A program made the position numbers and the translations under genes. A stretch of 63,982 nt of DNA, filler included, from Octopus bimaculoides (taxonomy: Eukaryota): assembly GCF_001194135.2 (NCBI RefSeq). It is 6 parts of 6 records of this genome, joined end to end, with 100 filler letters (N's around TTAATTAATTAA, not from the genome) between each part and the next. Parts side by side here need not be neighbours in the genome. Positions count along the whole stretch, not along the records: positions 13,840 to 39,471 come from NC_068990.1; 5 more parts are not named here. One strand, written 5' to 3'. The notes under the pieces were generated by a model. The model searched no databases, had not been told where the DNA came from, and worked only from the letters and a program-made list of their open reading frames with translations. Shown one piece after another: positions 13,920 through 27,390 of this stretch (the stretch's first letter is position 1; each line of letters begins with the position of its first letter).

Positions 13920-14110
13920 GGTAAGAAGCATAGCGCCGGTTTCCCGGTTTCTCTGGACCATATATTCGTCTCTGGACACGACGCCGGTCTGCCGCGAGAT
14001 TACTCATTTTTACCAGCTGAGTGGACTGGTACAACGTAAAATGAAATGCATTGCTTAAGAACACAATGCATCACCCGGTCCATGAATCGAAACCACAATA
14101 TTACGATACC
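13920..14110 (-). mobile_element. SINE family F
   Basis: Reverse-complement match to 35466-35670 and 55882-56110 (cagctgagtggactgg, gaacacaatgc, gaatcgaaaccacaat). Confidence 0.75.
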
Positions 14111-14829
14111 CTTTGCACTTCCACCATCCTAGGAGATACACCGAAAGTAAATTTCAACTGTGCCAATAATATTAGGTCTTCCAATAAATTGTCATACCGA
14201 TCTGTATGTATGCGCGTTGGTAGATTGGTAGCCGGTAAATTTGTAATACGTTGTCAATGATTTTAACCTTTTGCTTGTCTTGTATATGTGTACCACATGT
14301 GATATACAAGACGTTTCCCAGGTGTTCATGCATCATATATATAACACATTCCCATTTCTATTTTCAACCACCAGAGTATCTTGGGGCTTAAAGAAATAAA
14401 AACTTTATATTAGAATCTATAAAACAGCGGATAACTATGAGTCTCAAAAGCATGGACGTTCAGGACAAACTTATGCAAACGCTTAAAACAGACAAAGAGT
14501 TAAATGCAATGGTTTCAATGATTACAGGGATAGCAATTTGCGTTTGACAGAATTGACGGCCTCTATAAGTAAATTGAAGTGAGATTTATCTCAATAATAT
14601 TGTTAATATAATATCAATATAAAGATATTCATACTGACAACAGTCTACTGAAGGCCGGTTTTAGTTTCACGACTCTGTATCGTCAAAGGAAAAAACAATG
14701 AGGAAATCCCTCCTTCGAAAGATTTGCAATCAGAAAGATTTGCTAATTATATCTATTGTATATATGTTTCCTTCACATCTCTATAATTCATTGTTATTGT
14801 AAGGGAGGCAACAAAACGTTATGTCAAGG

Positions 14830-15300
14830 CTGCACCTTTGCAGTTAATTTGGAGGAAATTAGCTTGCTAGAAATAGCAGCCCAAACAATTTCCAGTCACA
14901 TTCCACTATCACTAGAAGAAAAGACATAGCACAATGCGCTCCTACGTGCACTGCGCCTGAGAATATGCCACGCTTGTCATGACTGAAACGTCTTTGATTA
15001 TAGATTCCTTCAACAAAACTGAAGTTGGGTTAAACTCCAGTAACAACAACGGGATACTAGTTAAAGGTTGCTTTTAAAGTTTCATAATGACTTACCGCAA
15101 CAATGAAGCCAGTAAGTGGTCGCCTGATCTGCCAGGAATAGCAGCGAATAAATCCCTGAAATTACACTCTACTGCTTAAAAAATAGGAAAGAGTACATTA
15201 GATGATGTAGTCCAAGATACCTGACATAATAGGACGGTTAGAAATGGAATGCTTTTGATCATAAAGATGCTCGATCAGAGCTGACCTACTACTACTACTA
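14830..15300 (+). repeat. Two degenerate tandem copies of an interspersed repeat (ctagaaatagcagc core)
   Basis: The core gctagaaatagcagccc / ccaggaatagcagcg occurs twice here and again near 63760. Confidence 0.45.
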
Positions 15301-17146
15301 CTATTACTCTTTGCATTAAGAAATAATTGTTTCTAATTAAGGCACAAGAATAGCAGCTTTAAGAGAAGATAAGTCGATTGCATCGAACCAGCACTTCATT
15401 TCTACTTTATCTTATCAACTCCAATCTCAGAATTGAATCTCAGAACTTAGAGCCGGAGCAAAGACTGCGACGATTCCGATAGCTGTTCACCATCAACTTA
15501 CTGCATGTACATAGTACATGATACATTTTCTTGGTAGGTAAATCATGCTTTATGTGGTTTTAGTGTATTTCAGTATATTTATTGTCTAATCTGTTCGTGA
15601 AAAGAGAAAGGGGTTTGTACTTCTGTCAAGACAAATTGAAAATTTCAAAAAGGAAAAAAAAGCATACAAAATATGTTTCTCGACACTTTGTTTCTATTCT
15701 ATTCTAGGGTGGATAGAGAGGGTGTGGTATGTGACATATAAAAGGTGTTTATTGGTGAGTAGAGTGTGTTAGTAGGTTATAGTATCTGGAAAGTACCCCA
15801 AAATATACGTTGTTGAGGTTTAGACCTAGGTTAGCTGTAACAGAGTGGGCCTACATTCGAACGCGATGCCGTCGTACTTATACAATCTCTCTATCTGAGA
15901 TTATCTACATCATCTGTGTCCTTCCTTCCTTTACGATGGCAAGAAGTGAAGATTTGAGGAAGATTTTATTGCTATTTCAAGCAGAAAAATATACTTGATT
16001 CTATAAAGTCGGATGTATTCATATATAACAGAACGCTGTCAAATGTGACTTTGTCACCAGTCTCCTTGCTCGATAATCGTCTGCCTCCGATAACACTGTC
16101 GTTTGCCTACAACAAAACTATCGTTTTTCGAAACCCTAACCATTCTGTCAATTCACAAAACTTCAACTAAGGTAAAACTTGTTTCATGTATAGACAAGGC
16201 TTCAAGTTTGGTGGAGATAAATGATAATCGATACCATCGACGACGGATTGCTCTAGTACATTATATGATCGACTTTAGTGATACTTGCAATCTAAACTTA
16301 AGGGTCAGAACAAATACCGTAAGCACTTTTGTCTGACACTTTATCGACTGTACCAATCAATACGCCTTAGTTAAAATAATTATTAGAAGACTTTAGCAGT
16401 TTAATGATCATATCCTATGAGTATTTTCTCGAAAGTACTGCCAGAAAAATTCTTTCATCAAAGTGAACAAACGTGGATCGTCTTTCAACGTTTATTTATT
16501 TATTTATTTATCATATCAACAAAATACAAGTACAGTTATGGGAAATCCGGCCGAGCAGTGGTCTTGATGTAAATATGGTGATCACAATACTCGAGTGAAA
16601 ATCCATTAATTGTCAAGCTACATATTTTTCTGCAATGCAATGTCACACTATTTATTTATTTAGTTTTGCTAAGAAACGAAAAGTGTACATTCTGCAATGT
16701 AGTCCTTGAAAACTATATCCTAACTGCATGCACACGGCTGAAGCGCAGAAACAAGCTACCAAATAGGCTATCACGCAAATACCATGTACCAAATTTCACT
16801 TATTAGGCTTTAGTTGACGCGCGGCTAAGATAGAAAAATACATTTCTTCTTTTTGCATGAAGCATAATATTTTTGAAGAATAGAAAGCAGGGCGTTGTGA
16901 TAGTGATGCAGTTCTCTAAATCATTAAAAAAAAAAAATTAATCAGTTTCAACAGCTATTCTTGTTTTGGTGAGAAACGAGCTGCAATGTTGGCGGGTTTG
17001 TTTTTTTTTGTTTGTTTGTTTGTTTTCTTAATTTTCATGAGAAGTGGGGAAAAGAAATGGGAAAGAGAATTTTGGTGAGAGTGACACTTGTATATTTCAC
17101 AGACGGAATTTCGTTTCTCTTCAGATTGGCACGACCAAATGTGAAC

Positions 17147-17330
17147 ATAAGTACAGGTTTAAGAACACTGTGAAGTTGATGGACACATTTCTGTAGGAAA
17201 TGTAGAAATACAAAAATATGTAATAAAATTTAAAATATGTAATAAAATAAGTACAGGTTTAAAAAAACTGTGAAGTTGATGGACACATTTCTGTAGGAAA
17301 TGTAGAAATACAAAAATATGTAATAAAAAA
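17147..17330 (+). repeat. Tandem duplication, 100-bp period
   Basis: ataagtacaggttt...gaaatacaaaaatatgtaataaaa starts at both 17147 and 17247. Confidence 0.9.
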
Positions 17331-17459
17331 TAAAAATGACACGGTTGATCCGACCCTTAATACTGCTTTTCTCTCATTTCCTATGTGTGACTAATTCTTG
17401 AAACATCAGAAAGTACTTGAATAATCAGATCTTAAGTCAAGACTTAAAACTATCATCCA

Positions 17460-17492
<33 letters not shown>

Positions 17493-18669
17493 CTCTCTCA
17501 GCAAGCCAATGAAAGAACGGAAATGGTGGGTTCCCTTACAAAATACGAGATGTCGTAGATCTGATTCGAAATGATTTGAAAAATAATATAACAAAAAATG
17601 AAAACAAGAAAAATTGGAGCTTCAATGTTAAATTCTTATATTTTAATGGCCTTCTTGATTTCTTCCTAAATACTTCCTTGTGTGTACATTAGCTACTTTT
17701 TTCCTTTTTTTCCCCCGCATTATCGATGTTGAGACAAAAGAGTAAGATGACTTCCAAACCCGATGGCCCTTAGGGACTTCACTGAAAATATTTTCTTCGT
17801 GTAATTTAGTCGAGAACCTACTATTATTACTTAGTGTAAGTCAGTCGAGAACCGACTATTATTTACTACGCTATACACTCTGAACGACTTGAAAACATCA
17901 CTATTATCCATTTCGGCGCTTTCACCACTGGTAGGAATCAAACTCCAGATACGTGATCCGAATAATTTACAACAAAGTGTACACAGCTAAAGAAAAAAAA
18001 AATGGTCAGAGGACCAGGATCAGACGATGTTATTAAACCGAGCGGTAGATTAAATCTAGTACTCAGTGATAGGAGTGATCTATTCATCGGGCTTCCATAC
18101 TGTTACCGTCTCCTAGTTTCTGTCTCACTAGGCTTCGATTGATACGAAGCTACAGTAGAAGACAAGTGCACAGTGAGCATGAAACCTAAATCACATAGTT
18201 GGGAAGCGAATCAATTTAACCCTACAACCATATCTGCACAACACAGCTGAAATACAGTAAAGCACTAGAAGCTGAGGGAAACTAATAACGTTCAGCGTCG
18301 GCAAAGTATAGCAAATAATTCAAACTGTGGAATAAATTTTATACAGTGAAAAAGCAGGGAAGTTTAACTTTGGATAACAAGCAGGAATTGAAACCAGCTC
18401 CCCCAAATTTTACTTCTTAGTTATGCCACTCGACTCTTTTGAATGTTACCAACTATAAATCTAAGTCGCTGGTTGAATTCTTTGACAGCCATTTTTCATA
18501 TCCGGCTCATTAGGTTAACTGAAAGTGGACTGGAAGGTTTGTGAGTAAGAGGAATACCGGATGGACCCCCTTCCATCGGGCATGAAATTGCTTGTCAGTC
18601 AATGGACGCTCGGCTAAAGATGGACACTTCTGTATGCGTGCGCACACACATACACATACACACGCACAG

Positions 18670-18713
<44 letters not shown>

Positions 18714-19187
18714 TTACGCATACACACACATACACAGAGAGACGTGTTCACGCAGCAATCATAAGACGATAAGAAAACAGATTAAGGGGAAAAATTGAAA
18801 TAAAATCTGGCACTGACAGGGACAATTCCCAAATAGACCTCCAGCTGTTGTTAGTTTACTGCTACTACTACTGCTGCTACTACTGCTACCACTACCACCA
18901 CTACCACCGCTTCTGTTGCTAATGCAGCTAATGTTGGTCATGATCATGGTGTAACCCCGTGTCATGCATTACAGAGTTGAGGCTCACTTTGTCTCATTCC
19001 TACAACCTGTTGCAACCGTATTTACATCAAAACAACCACATTTCCTGTCTTATCTTACCTTATGCTTAATACTTGTACTCTAACAAATCTAGCTGGCACC
19101 ATTAACTAAAAGCAACTAAGCGACCTGAGTCAACGGTTTACATGCGACTGCTGATTGAGTACATTTCTCATTATTTCATATCGATAC

Positions 19188-19400
19188 AGGCGGCGAGCTG
19201 GCAGAATCGTTAGCACGCCGGGCAAAATATTTAGCGGTATTTCGTCTGTCTTTACGTTCTGAGTTCAAATACCAGCGAGGATGACTTTTACATTCATCCT
19301 TTCGGATCGATAAAATAATTACCAATCGAGCACTGGGGACGATGTGATCGACATCTGTTTCCCTTTAAAATTGCTGACATTGTGCCAAAGTGAGAAAGGA
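19188..19400 (+). mobile_element. SINE family A, CpG-intact copy
   Basis: ggcggcgagctggcagaatcgttagcacgccggg...ttctgagttcaaat...tgtgccaaag. Confidence 0.9.
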
Positions 19401-19416
19401 TTATTATATATTGTTT

Positions 19417-19635
19417 AAGGTGGTAAGTTGGCAGAACAGTTAGGACGACGGACAAAATGCTTAACAGAATTTCTTCCCGTTTTACTTTCTCATTTTAAAT
19501 GCTTCTGAGGTTGGCTTTGCCTTTCATCCATTAGGGGTTGATAAAATAAGTACAAGTTCAGCACTGACGCCCATGTAATCAACTAGACCCTCTCTACGAA
19601 ATGTCAGGTCGTGTGTGTGAAGTAGAAAGAGTTAT
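19417..19635 (+). mobile_element. SINE family A, older copy
   Basis: Tandem with the previous copy; same motif order. Confidence 0.8.
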
Positions 19636-19654
19636 TTCATATAGTCTATATTAT

Positions 19655-19803
19655 AGGCATACGACCTGAAATTTACATTGACTCCAGTGTGCAACTGGTA
19701 TTTATTTCATCGATCCTGAAAGGATGGAAGATAAAGTTGGTCTCGTTGGAATTTGAACTCAGAACGTAAAGACGGACGAAATGCTTGTAAGATCGCCGCC
19801 TTA
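19655..19803 (-). mobile_element. SINE family A, partial
   Basis: ggaatttgaactcagaacgtaaagacggacgaaatgc...cgccgcctt. Confidence 0.8.
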
Positions 19804-21527
19804 GAATTATGACATATCGTAAACGATTTCGGTAAAAATATTAAACATGACCATATCTCATTTTGACTCCCGCCCACCCATTTAATCTTAGAATTTTAAC
19901 CTAAACGAACGAAAATTATTATTTGCTAAACAGGGTTCATTGTGACTCAAAGAAAGAAATGTAAGTTGTTGAAAGGGGCTTTCCCAGTTGTAAGCCCATT
20001 GAAATTGTTATATGATTAATTCGTCATATAACAGATATAATACGACAGACATCAGTAAGAAAGTAGGGAAATGGAAACTAAACAGATCTAGGTAGATAGA
20101 AAAGCTGTTGGGAAAATACAAAACAGTAGGACACCTGATTCATGTCTAATTCTAATTCGAAATCAACCGGGTGGCTGATGAAACAAATAGCAAAGGACGG
20201 CTGATTGTAAAATGTTTTCCAACGGAAATTGTCAGTGGAGCGTTTCTTTATCTTTATCTTTTACTTGTTTCAACTTCTTCATGCCATCTGACCAACCCAC
20301 CTGTGACGACTTCTAACAACGATTCACTTAAAACTGAAAGAAGCAACTGAAAGGGCAATAACAAGGTCCTAATTGTTATTATGGGTAACATTGTTGGGAT
20401 GGACCGAAAACTTAAGTGGAGATGATGCATGGAAGAGATGGCCGAGTGGATGATGGAGAAAGGCATCAAAAATACAAACAAAGAGAAAGATACGCAGACA
20501 GAGGAATCTAAATATGGAAGGATGGGCATATAGAGCATATATATAAATGCATATATATGTGTGTGTGTATACATATACATACATACATACATANNNNNNN
20601 NNNNNNNNNNNNNNNNNNNNNNNNNNNNNNNNNNNNNNNNNNNNNNNNNNNNNNNNNNNNNNNNNNNNNNNNNNNNNNNNNNNNNNNNNNNNNNNNNNNN
20701 NNNNNNNNNNNNNNNNNNNNNNNNNNNNNNNNNNNNNNNNNNNNNNNNNNNNNNNNNNNNNNNNNNNNNNNNNNNNNNNNNNNNNNNNNNNNNNNNNNNN
20801 NNNNNNNNNNNNNNNNNNNNNNNNNNNNNNNNNNNNNNNNNNNNNNNNNNNNNNNNNNNNNNNNNNNNNNNNNNNNNNNNNNNNNNNNNNNNNNNNNNNN
20901 NNNNNNNNNNNNNNNNNNNNNNNNNNNNNNNNNNNNNNNNNNNNNNNNNNNNNNNNNNNNNNNNNNNNNNNNNNNNNNNNNNNNNNNNNNNNNNNNNNNN
21001 NNNNNNNNNNNNNNNNNNNNNNNNNNNNNNNNNNNNNNNNNNNNNNNNNNNNNNNNNNNNNNNNNNNNNNNNNNNNNNNNNNNNNNNNNNNNNNNNNNNN
21101 NNNNNNNNNNNNNNNNNNNNNNNNNNNNNNNNNNNNNNNNNNNNNNNNNNNNNNNNNNNNNNNNNNNNNNNNNNNNNNNNNNNNNNNNNNNNNNNNNNNN
21201 NNNNNNNNNNNNNNNNNNNNNNNNNNNNNNNNNNNNNNNNNNNNNNNNNNNNNNNNNNNNNNNNNNNNNNNNNNNNNNNNNNNNNNNNNNNNNNNNNNNN
21301 NNNNNNNNNNNNNNNNNNNNNNNNNNNNNNNNNNNNNNNNNNNNNNNNNNNNNNNNNNNNNNNNNNNNNNNNNNNNNNNNNNNNNNNNNNNNNNNNNNNN
21401 NNNNNNNNNNNNNNNNNNNNNNNNNNNNNNNNNNNNNNNNNNNNNNNNNNNNNNNNNNNNNNNNNNNNNNNNNNNNNNNNNNNNNNNNNNNNNNNNNNNN
21501 NNNNNNNNNNNNNNNNNNNNNNNNNNN

Positions 21528-21582
<55 letters not shown>

Positions 21583-22808
21583 TATATAAATATACATATA
21601 TATACATATATATACACATACATACATATATATACATATATAGTTAAAAAACATGATGCATGCAAAGTATTAGTAGAGGCTCCGAGAAGGAAAGGAAAAG
21701 TAGTTTTACGTTCCGAACAATTTCTTCGTCAGAAACAGGAGATGGAAGAAAGTCCCTGCGCATGACCTTTTGCAGATACTCCCAGACACTTCGGAAGAAA
21801 GACGGGAAGAAAGTAAAAATCATAGATCGTAGCTGTATGCAATTGTATCCCAATATAATGAATGGTGGAAGTATTATTAGCGATGGCAAAGAATTAATTT
21901 TAGTACCGTTTTTGATGCATAAAATACGCATGGGTGTATTAGACGACTCCAAGGAATAGGAAGACGGAGGAAAAAGTCGCCAACGATCCACATGTGGTTA
22001 CATTACATATATATATATATACATACATACATATATATATACATACATATATATGCATACATATATATATACATGCATATATTTATATATATATATACAC
22101 ACACACATAAATATATATATATAACGCCACACAGTGGACTTCAGAAGTCCACTGTGTGGCGTTATTATTTTCTGTAATAATGCCCTTTATATAAATATAT
22201 ATANNNNNNNNNNNNNNNNNNNNNNNNNNNNNNNNNNNNNNNNNNNNNNNNNNNNNNNNNNNNNNNNNNNNNNNNNNNNNNNNNNNNNNNNNNNNNNNNN
22301 NNNNNNNNNNNNNNNNNNNNNNNNNNNNNNNNNNNNNNNNNNNNNNNNNNNNNNNNNNNNNNNNNNNNNNNNNNNNNNNNNNNNNNNNNNNNNNNNNNNN
22401 NNNNNNNNNNNNNNNNNNNNNNNNNNNNNNNNNNNNNNNNNNNNNNNNNNNNNNNNNNNNNNNNNNNNNNNNNNNNNNNNNNNNNNNNNNNNNNNNNNNN
22501 NNNNNNNNNNNNNNNNNNNNNNNNNNNNNNNNNNNNNNNNNNNNNNNNNNNNNNNNNNNNNNNNNNNNNNNNNNNNNNNNNNNNNNNNNNNNNNNNNNNN
22601 NNNNNNNNNNNNNNNNNNNNNNNNNNNNNNNNNNNNNNNNNNNNNNNNNNNNNNNNNNNNNNNNNNNNNNNNNNNNNNNNNNNNNNNNNNNNNNNNNNNN
22701 NNNNNNNNNNNNNNNNNNNNNNNNNNNNNNNNNNNNNNNNNNNNNNNNNNNNNNNNNNNNNNNNNNNNNNNNNNNNNNNNNNNNNNNNNNNNNNNNNNNN
22801 NNNNNNNN

Positions 22809-22861
<53 letters not shown>

Positions 22862-25621
22862 ATACTGTACTGCACAAATCATGTCTATAGATTTTAGTCA
22901 ACACTGTAGCTGACAAGTAAACTCCATGTTTTATGCCTTCGTGGCCATTTGTTTTCAGTGTGAATATGTACGTAATATGTGCATATGCGTATATATGTCT
23001 GTGCGTGCACACACACACCGACACACACACTTGCATGCATACACACACACACACACAAATACTCACACACATACGCACACACAGAAGGTGAGAAGAAGAG
23101 AAAGAGAATGTTAGAGATATTTTTCATTAAGTCTCTCACTGAACAACTGAATGAAATTTTTTATCAGCCTTGAGAAAGCGTCTAAATATCTTTTCTATGA
23201 CTTAGGTAGAAGTTGAAGGGCCGTACGTATGACCTTTTGCAGATACTCCCAGACACTTGGGAAGAAAGACAGGGAAGAAAGTAAAAATCATAGATCGTTG
23301 TATCCCAATATAATGAATGGTAGAAGTATTATTAGCGATGGCAAAGAATTAATTTTAGTACCGTTTTTGATGCATAAAAGATGCATGGGTGTATTAGACG
23401 ACTCTAATTTCAGCACCACATATTCAGGAGAAAAACGCAGTGTTAGCAACAGCTCTGTAAGTGACTGAAGTTTTATTAAATTTTAATCTAGATAACATTA
23501 TGTCCCCACTCATTAGATTTAGATAATTTTAACACTAAATTTCTCATCTTGGTTTTGGATATTGATCTAGCGTCAAAGTTTACCAAGAAGTTTTCCAAGA
23601 AGCTGATATCAAACACCATATAACTACATACTCATAGTATTAGATATATAAAACATGAGAGCGCTTGATTGGCTCTTTTCTAGACTACAACGAATCTATA
23701 TAAGCAGAGTCTACCAAATTTTCTCTACAACAGCGACAACAGTCCCCATATCTGTCTGTTATAATGAATGCCGTAGAAAATTTCGACAAACGTGTTCAGN
23801 NNNNNNNNNNNNNNCCCCCCATCAAATTTTCTCTACAACAGCGACAACAGTCCCTATATGCCGTAGAAAATTTCGACAAACGTGTTCAATCCCCCTCCCT
23901 ACTGGACAAAGAAAGGTTCCATCCAATGAAGTAGTTTAATAATTGAATCATAAAGTGACGAACCCTCCAAGTATCAAACTGTTCACGTATATACAGGGTG
24001 AGTATTTACTGTCTCGAGCAGCTTTGTAGTCATCTAGTGTAACTCGTAATAAGAAGGGTACTAGCTAGCCTGCTGCTTCTGAGGTATATCTTCAGGTACG
24101 TGCGACCAACAACAACGGGAATATCATTAACAACTATAACATGGATAACAACATGCTGAAACATAGCTATTCAATGACAAAACCCTACATATTTAATTAA
24201 ATATCATACCGATTCCTTTCTTTCATGCAAAAGAAAAAAAAATAGTTAAAATGTATGGGAAGAGACATAACAGATGAATTAATCCTTACTGTTGTCATTA
24301 TTGTACAATATTTTTCATATGTTGCACAAGTATGGGCATTTTTACAATATTGTCAAGCAGTAAAGCGCGTGCGAATCTCACTCACTCTAGTCAGGTTCAA
24401 CTTTATTCAAGTTCTCCATGGAAAAATGATAATGTGAAAAATGTACATGATTCCTGCTTTTTTTTTCTTTTTCTTTTTCTAAGAAAGTGGGCGGAATTAA
24501 ATGGTGTGGCCTGTGTAACTTTGTCCACTGGTATCAGTGACGTAGACGATGTGAAATATCTGTAGAATGGAAGGATGAAAAAGCTGGGTGGGCTGCTGAC
24601 TCGGCTATTCAAGAGCTCAAGTATACCCACGCACTCGTACGACAAATAGAATTCCATTTTCTTTTTTTAATTTCTCTTTGTTTTTTTTTTTATTCTTGAA
24701 TATGTATTATCAATAGTATCCATCAATAGGCAATGACATTGAAGCAGTTGAAAAAAAATATTAAAAATTAATGCATTTCCCAAACTTTATGCGAAGAAAC
24801 TGGAAAAAGATTCAGTTAAAGCAAGATTCGAAACCTGATCTAGAAGCTCGGTTCTCCAAGAATTTACAAACGTCCTGTTTTCTTTAAAACACTTGTATTC
24901 TATAATATCTTTAGATCATCCCAATCGAGCAATGCGCGACCGACAGCAGAAATGGGTCAGAGATATGCCAGCATGCCGGATTTTCTAAATTTTAACACGT
25001 GGTTTCTTTTCTTTTCTTTCTTTTTATCTATTTTTTCTTTCTTTCTTTTTTACTAGCAGACGTATGCAGGAAAGCAGAAAGTGTGCTGAGCCGGCAAAAT
25101 ATAATGTTCAGTAGAAATGCTAAGCATAATTCAAGATGATCAAAATATGTAAAAGACATTGTATGTCCGTATGCGTGTATGTGTGTTTCATGGGTGTGAA
25201 TGCATATATGTATGTATAACAATTATATCGTAAAGGATTTCTTTTTTTTTTTTTTTGCCATGTAAGAACAGAAGTCGGATATATTATCTTTCCTTGTATT
25301 GTTTCTTATTTATTATGAATTGATCGAAAAAATAAAATGTCGCACTTCTGCGACCTGGTCGCTGAAGCAGCTCTACTGTAGCATTGTGTGAGCAATCAGT
25401 TTGCAGAAGTGAGACAAAGTTTTTAGGCACTTTATAATAGACCGAGCTATAAAGAAATAAATGAAATGTGAATATAATTAGTTTGTGTTCAAAGATGACT
25501 AAAATGTCGCCCACAATGTAATTGTTCCAGTTTCAAGACATGGCTCAGATCAAGTCATTTTCCCAAAAAAAAAAAAAAAAAAGATCATTCAATATTGAAA
25601 TGTGTGTGTGCGTGTGCGTGC

Positions 25622-25691
<70 letters not shown>

Positions 25692-26783
25692 TGGGTATAT
25701 GTATAACGAATGAACTAGTGATATGGAGACAAAACAAGAGACAATAAATTAATAAATAGTTAAATAAAATGGATGAATGAGTTCTACGAAAAAGTAAATG
25801 AAAGAGAAGATAGAAGGTATGTGTGTGAACATGGAATGGAAGATTTCTTTAAATGAAGAAAGGAGACGGTGAAGGTTGATGAAAAATAAATTCTATAGAT
25901 TAAAGAAAGAAAGAGTAGTTTAAAAGTAAAAAGGTGATTTAAAATAAAGAAAAGGAAGAGGACTTTGGAGAAAACAAATGGCAAAGAAAGAGATAAAAAC
26001 TAAGACATATTATTACTTACTCATTTCTTGAAAAAGAAATGAATGTTCCTTGGTCTGGAAGAATTTGATCTCCGAAGGAATGCTACCAGTTAAGATCTGT
26101 ACTCAACCCGGTTGAGTGCAAGACTGGTTTGTTACCTAAAGTGGTTCCTTACTTATAAACGTTCGAAAATTTCAGAGAATCGCACCAGAGGGCGCTGAAG
26201 AAGAAAAATCTTCACAAGGTCAAATTCTGAAAAAACAAGAAAAATAATAAAATAATAATAATAACAACAACAACAATAATAATGATAATAATCACGCCTT
26301 TCTATCCATCCATCAATCCAACACCACCAATACCCACCACTACTGCTACTGTCATTGCCACCACTACCACATCCAGTTCGAAGAAGTAGGGGGAGAGGAG
26401 GGGGAGGAGGAGGAGAAAGAAGAAGAAGAAGAAGAAGAAGAAGAAGAAGAAGAAGAAGAGGAAGACCACCTCCACCGTCAAATAACCACCACCATCACTT
26501 CCCACTAACCACTAGAATCCCCTCCTCTCCACCGCCATTTCTCACTCTACTTCCTTTACATGTATACTCTTTCTTTCTTTCTTTCTTTCTCTCTTTCTCT
26601 CATTGTTTCTCAATCTTTCAATCTTTTACCTCTTTTTCTCCACCCCCTCTCTCTCTCACTCTCTCACTCTCTCCATCTTTCTATGGCCTCAACCTTCTAA
26701 ATCTTCATTTTCCGCTCAGAAAACCTACAACAGCCACCAACACCACTACCACCCCTAACAGCGTCATCATTCTTACAGACATG

Positions 26784-26824
<41 letters not shown>

Positions 26825-27277
26825 GCGCGCACGCACACACACACGCACACACACACACGCACACACACACGCACTCACACAGATACGCGTACGCACACAC
26901 CCATATNNNNNNNNNNNNNNNNNNNNNNNNNNNNNNNNNNNNNNNNNNNNNNNNNNNNNNNNNNNNNNNNNNNNNNNNNNNNNNNNNNNNNNNNNNNNNN
27001 NNNNNNNNNNNNNNNNNNNNNNNNNNNNNNNNNNNNNNNNNNNNNNNNNNNNNNNNNNNNNNNNNNNNNNNNNNNNNNNNNNNNNNNNNNNNNNNNNNNN
27101 NNNNNNNNNNNNNNNNNNNNNNNNNNNNNNNNNNNNNNNNNNNNNNNNNNNNNNNNNNNNNNNNNNNNNNNNNNNNNNNNNNNNNNNNNNNNNNNNNNNN
27201 NNNNNNNNNNNNNNNNNNNNNNNNNNNNNNNNNNNNNNNNNNNNNNNNNNNNNNNNNNNNNNNNNNNNNNNNNNNNA

Positions 27278-27390
27278 CCACCCCTTTACCACCACCACAC
27301 CACCCCTTTACCACCACCACCCCACCCCTTTACCACCACCACACCACCCCTTTACCACCACCACACCACCCCTTTACCACCACCACCAGA
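27278..27390 (+). repeat. Approx. 22-bp minisatellite (cacccctttaccaccaccacac)n running into a gap
   Basis: About five visible units. Confidence 0.85.

Noticed and set aside
23712-23888. Approx. 70-85-bp duplication on both sides of a 15-N gap
   Set aside because: The copies differ by one approx. 19-bp indel and flank a tiny gap; most likely two alleles assembled in tandem.
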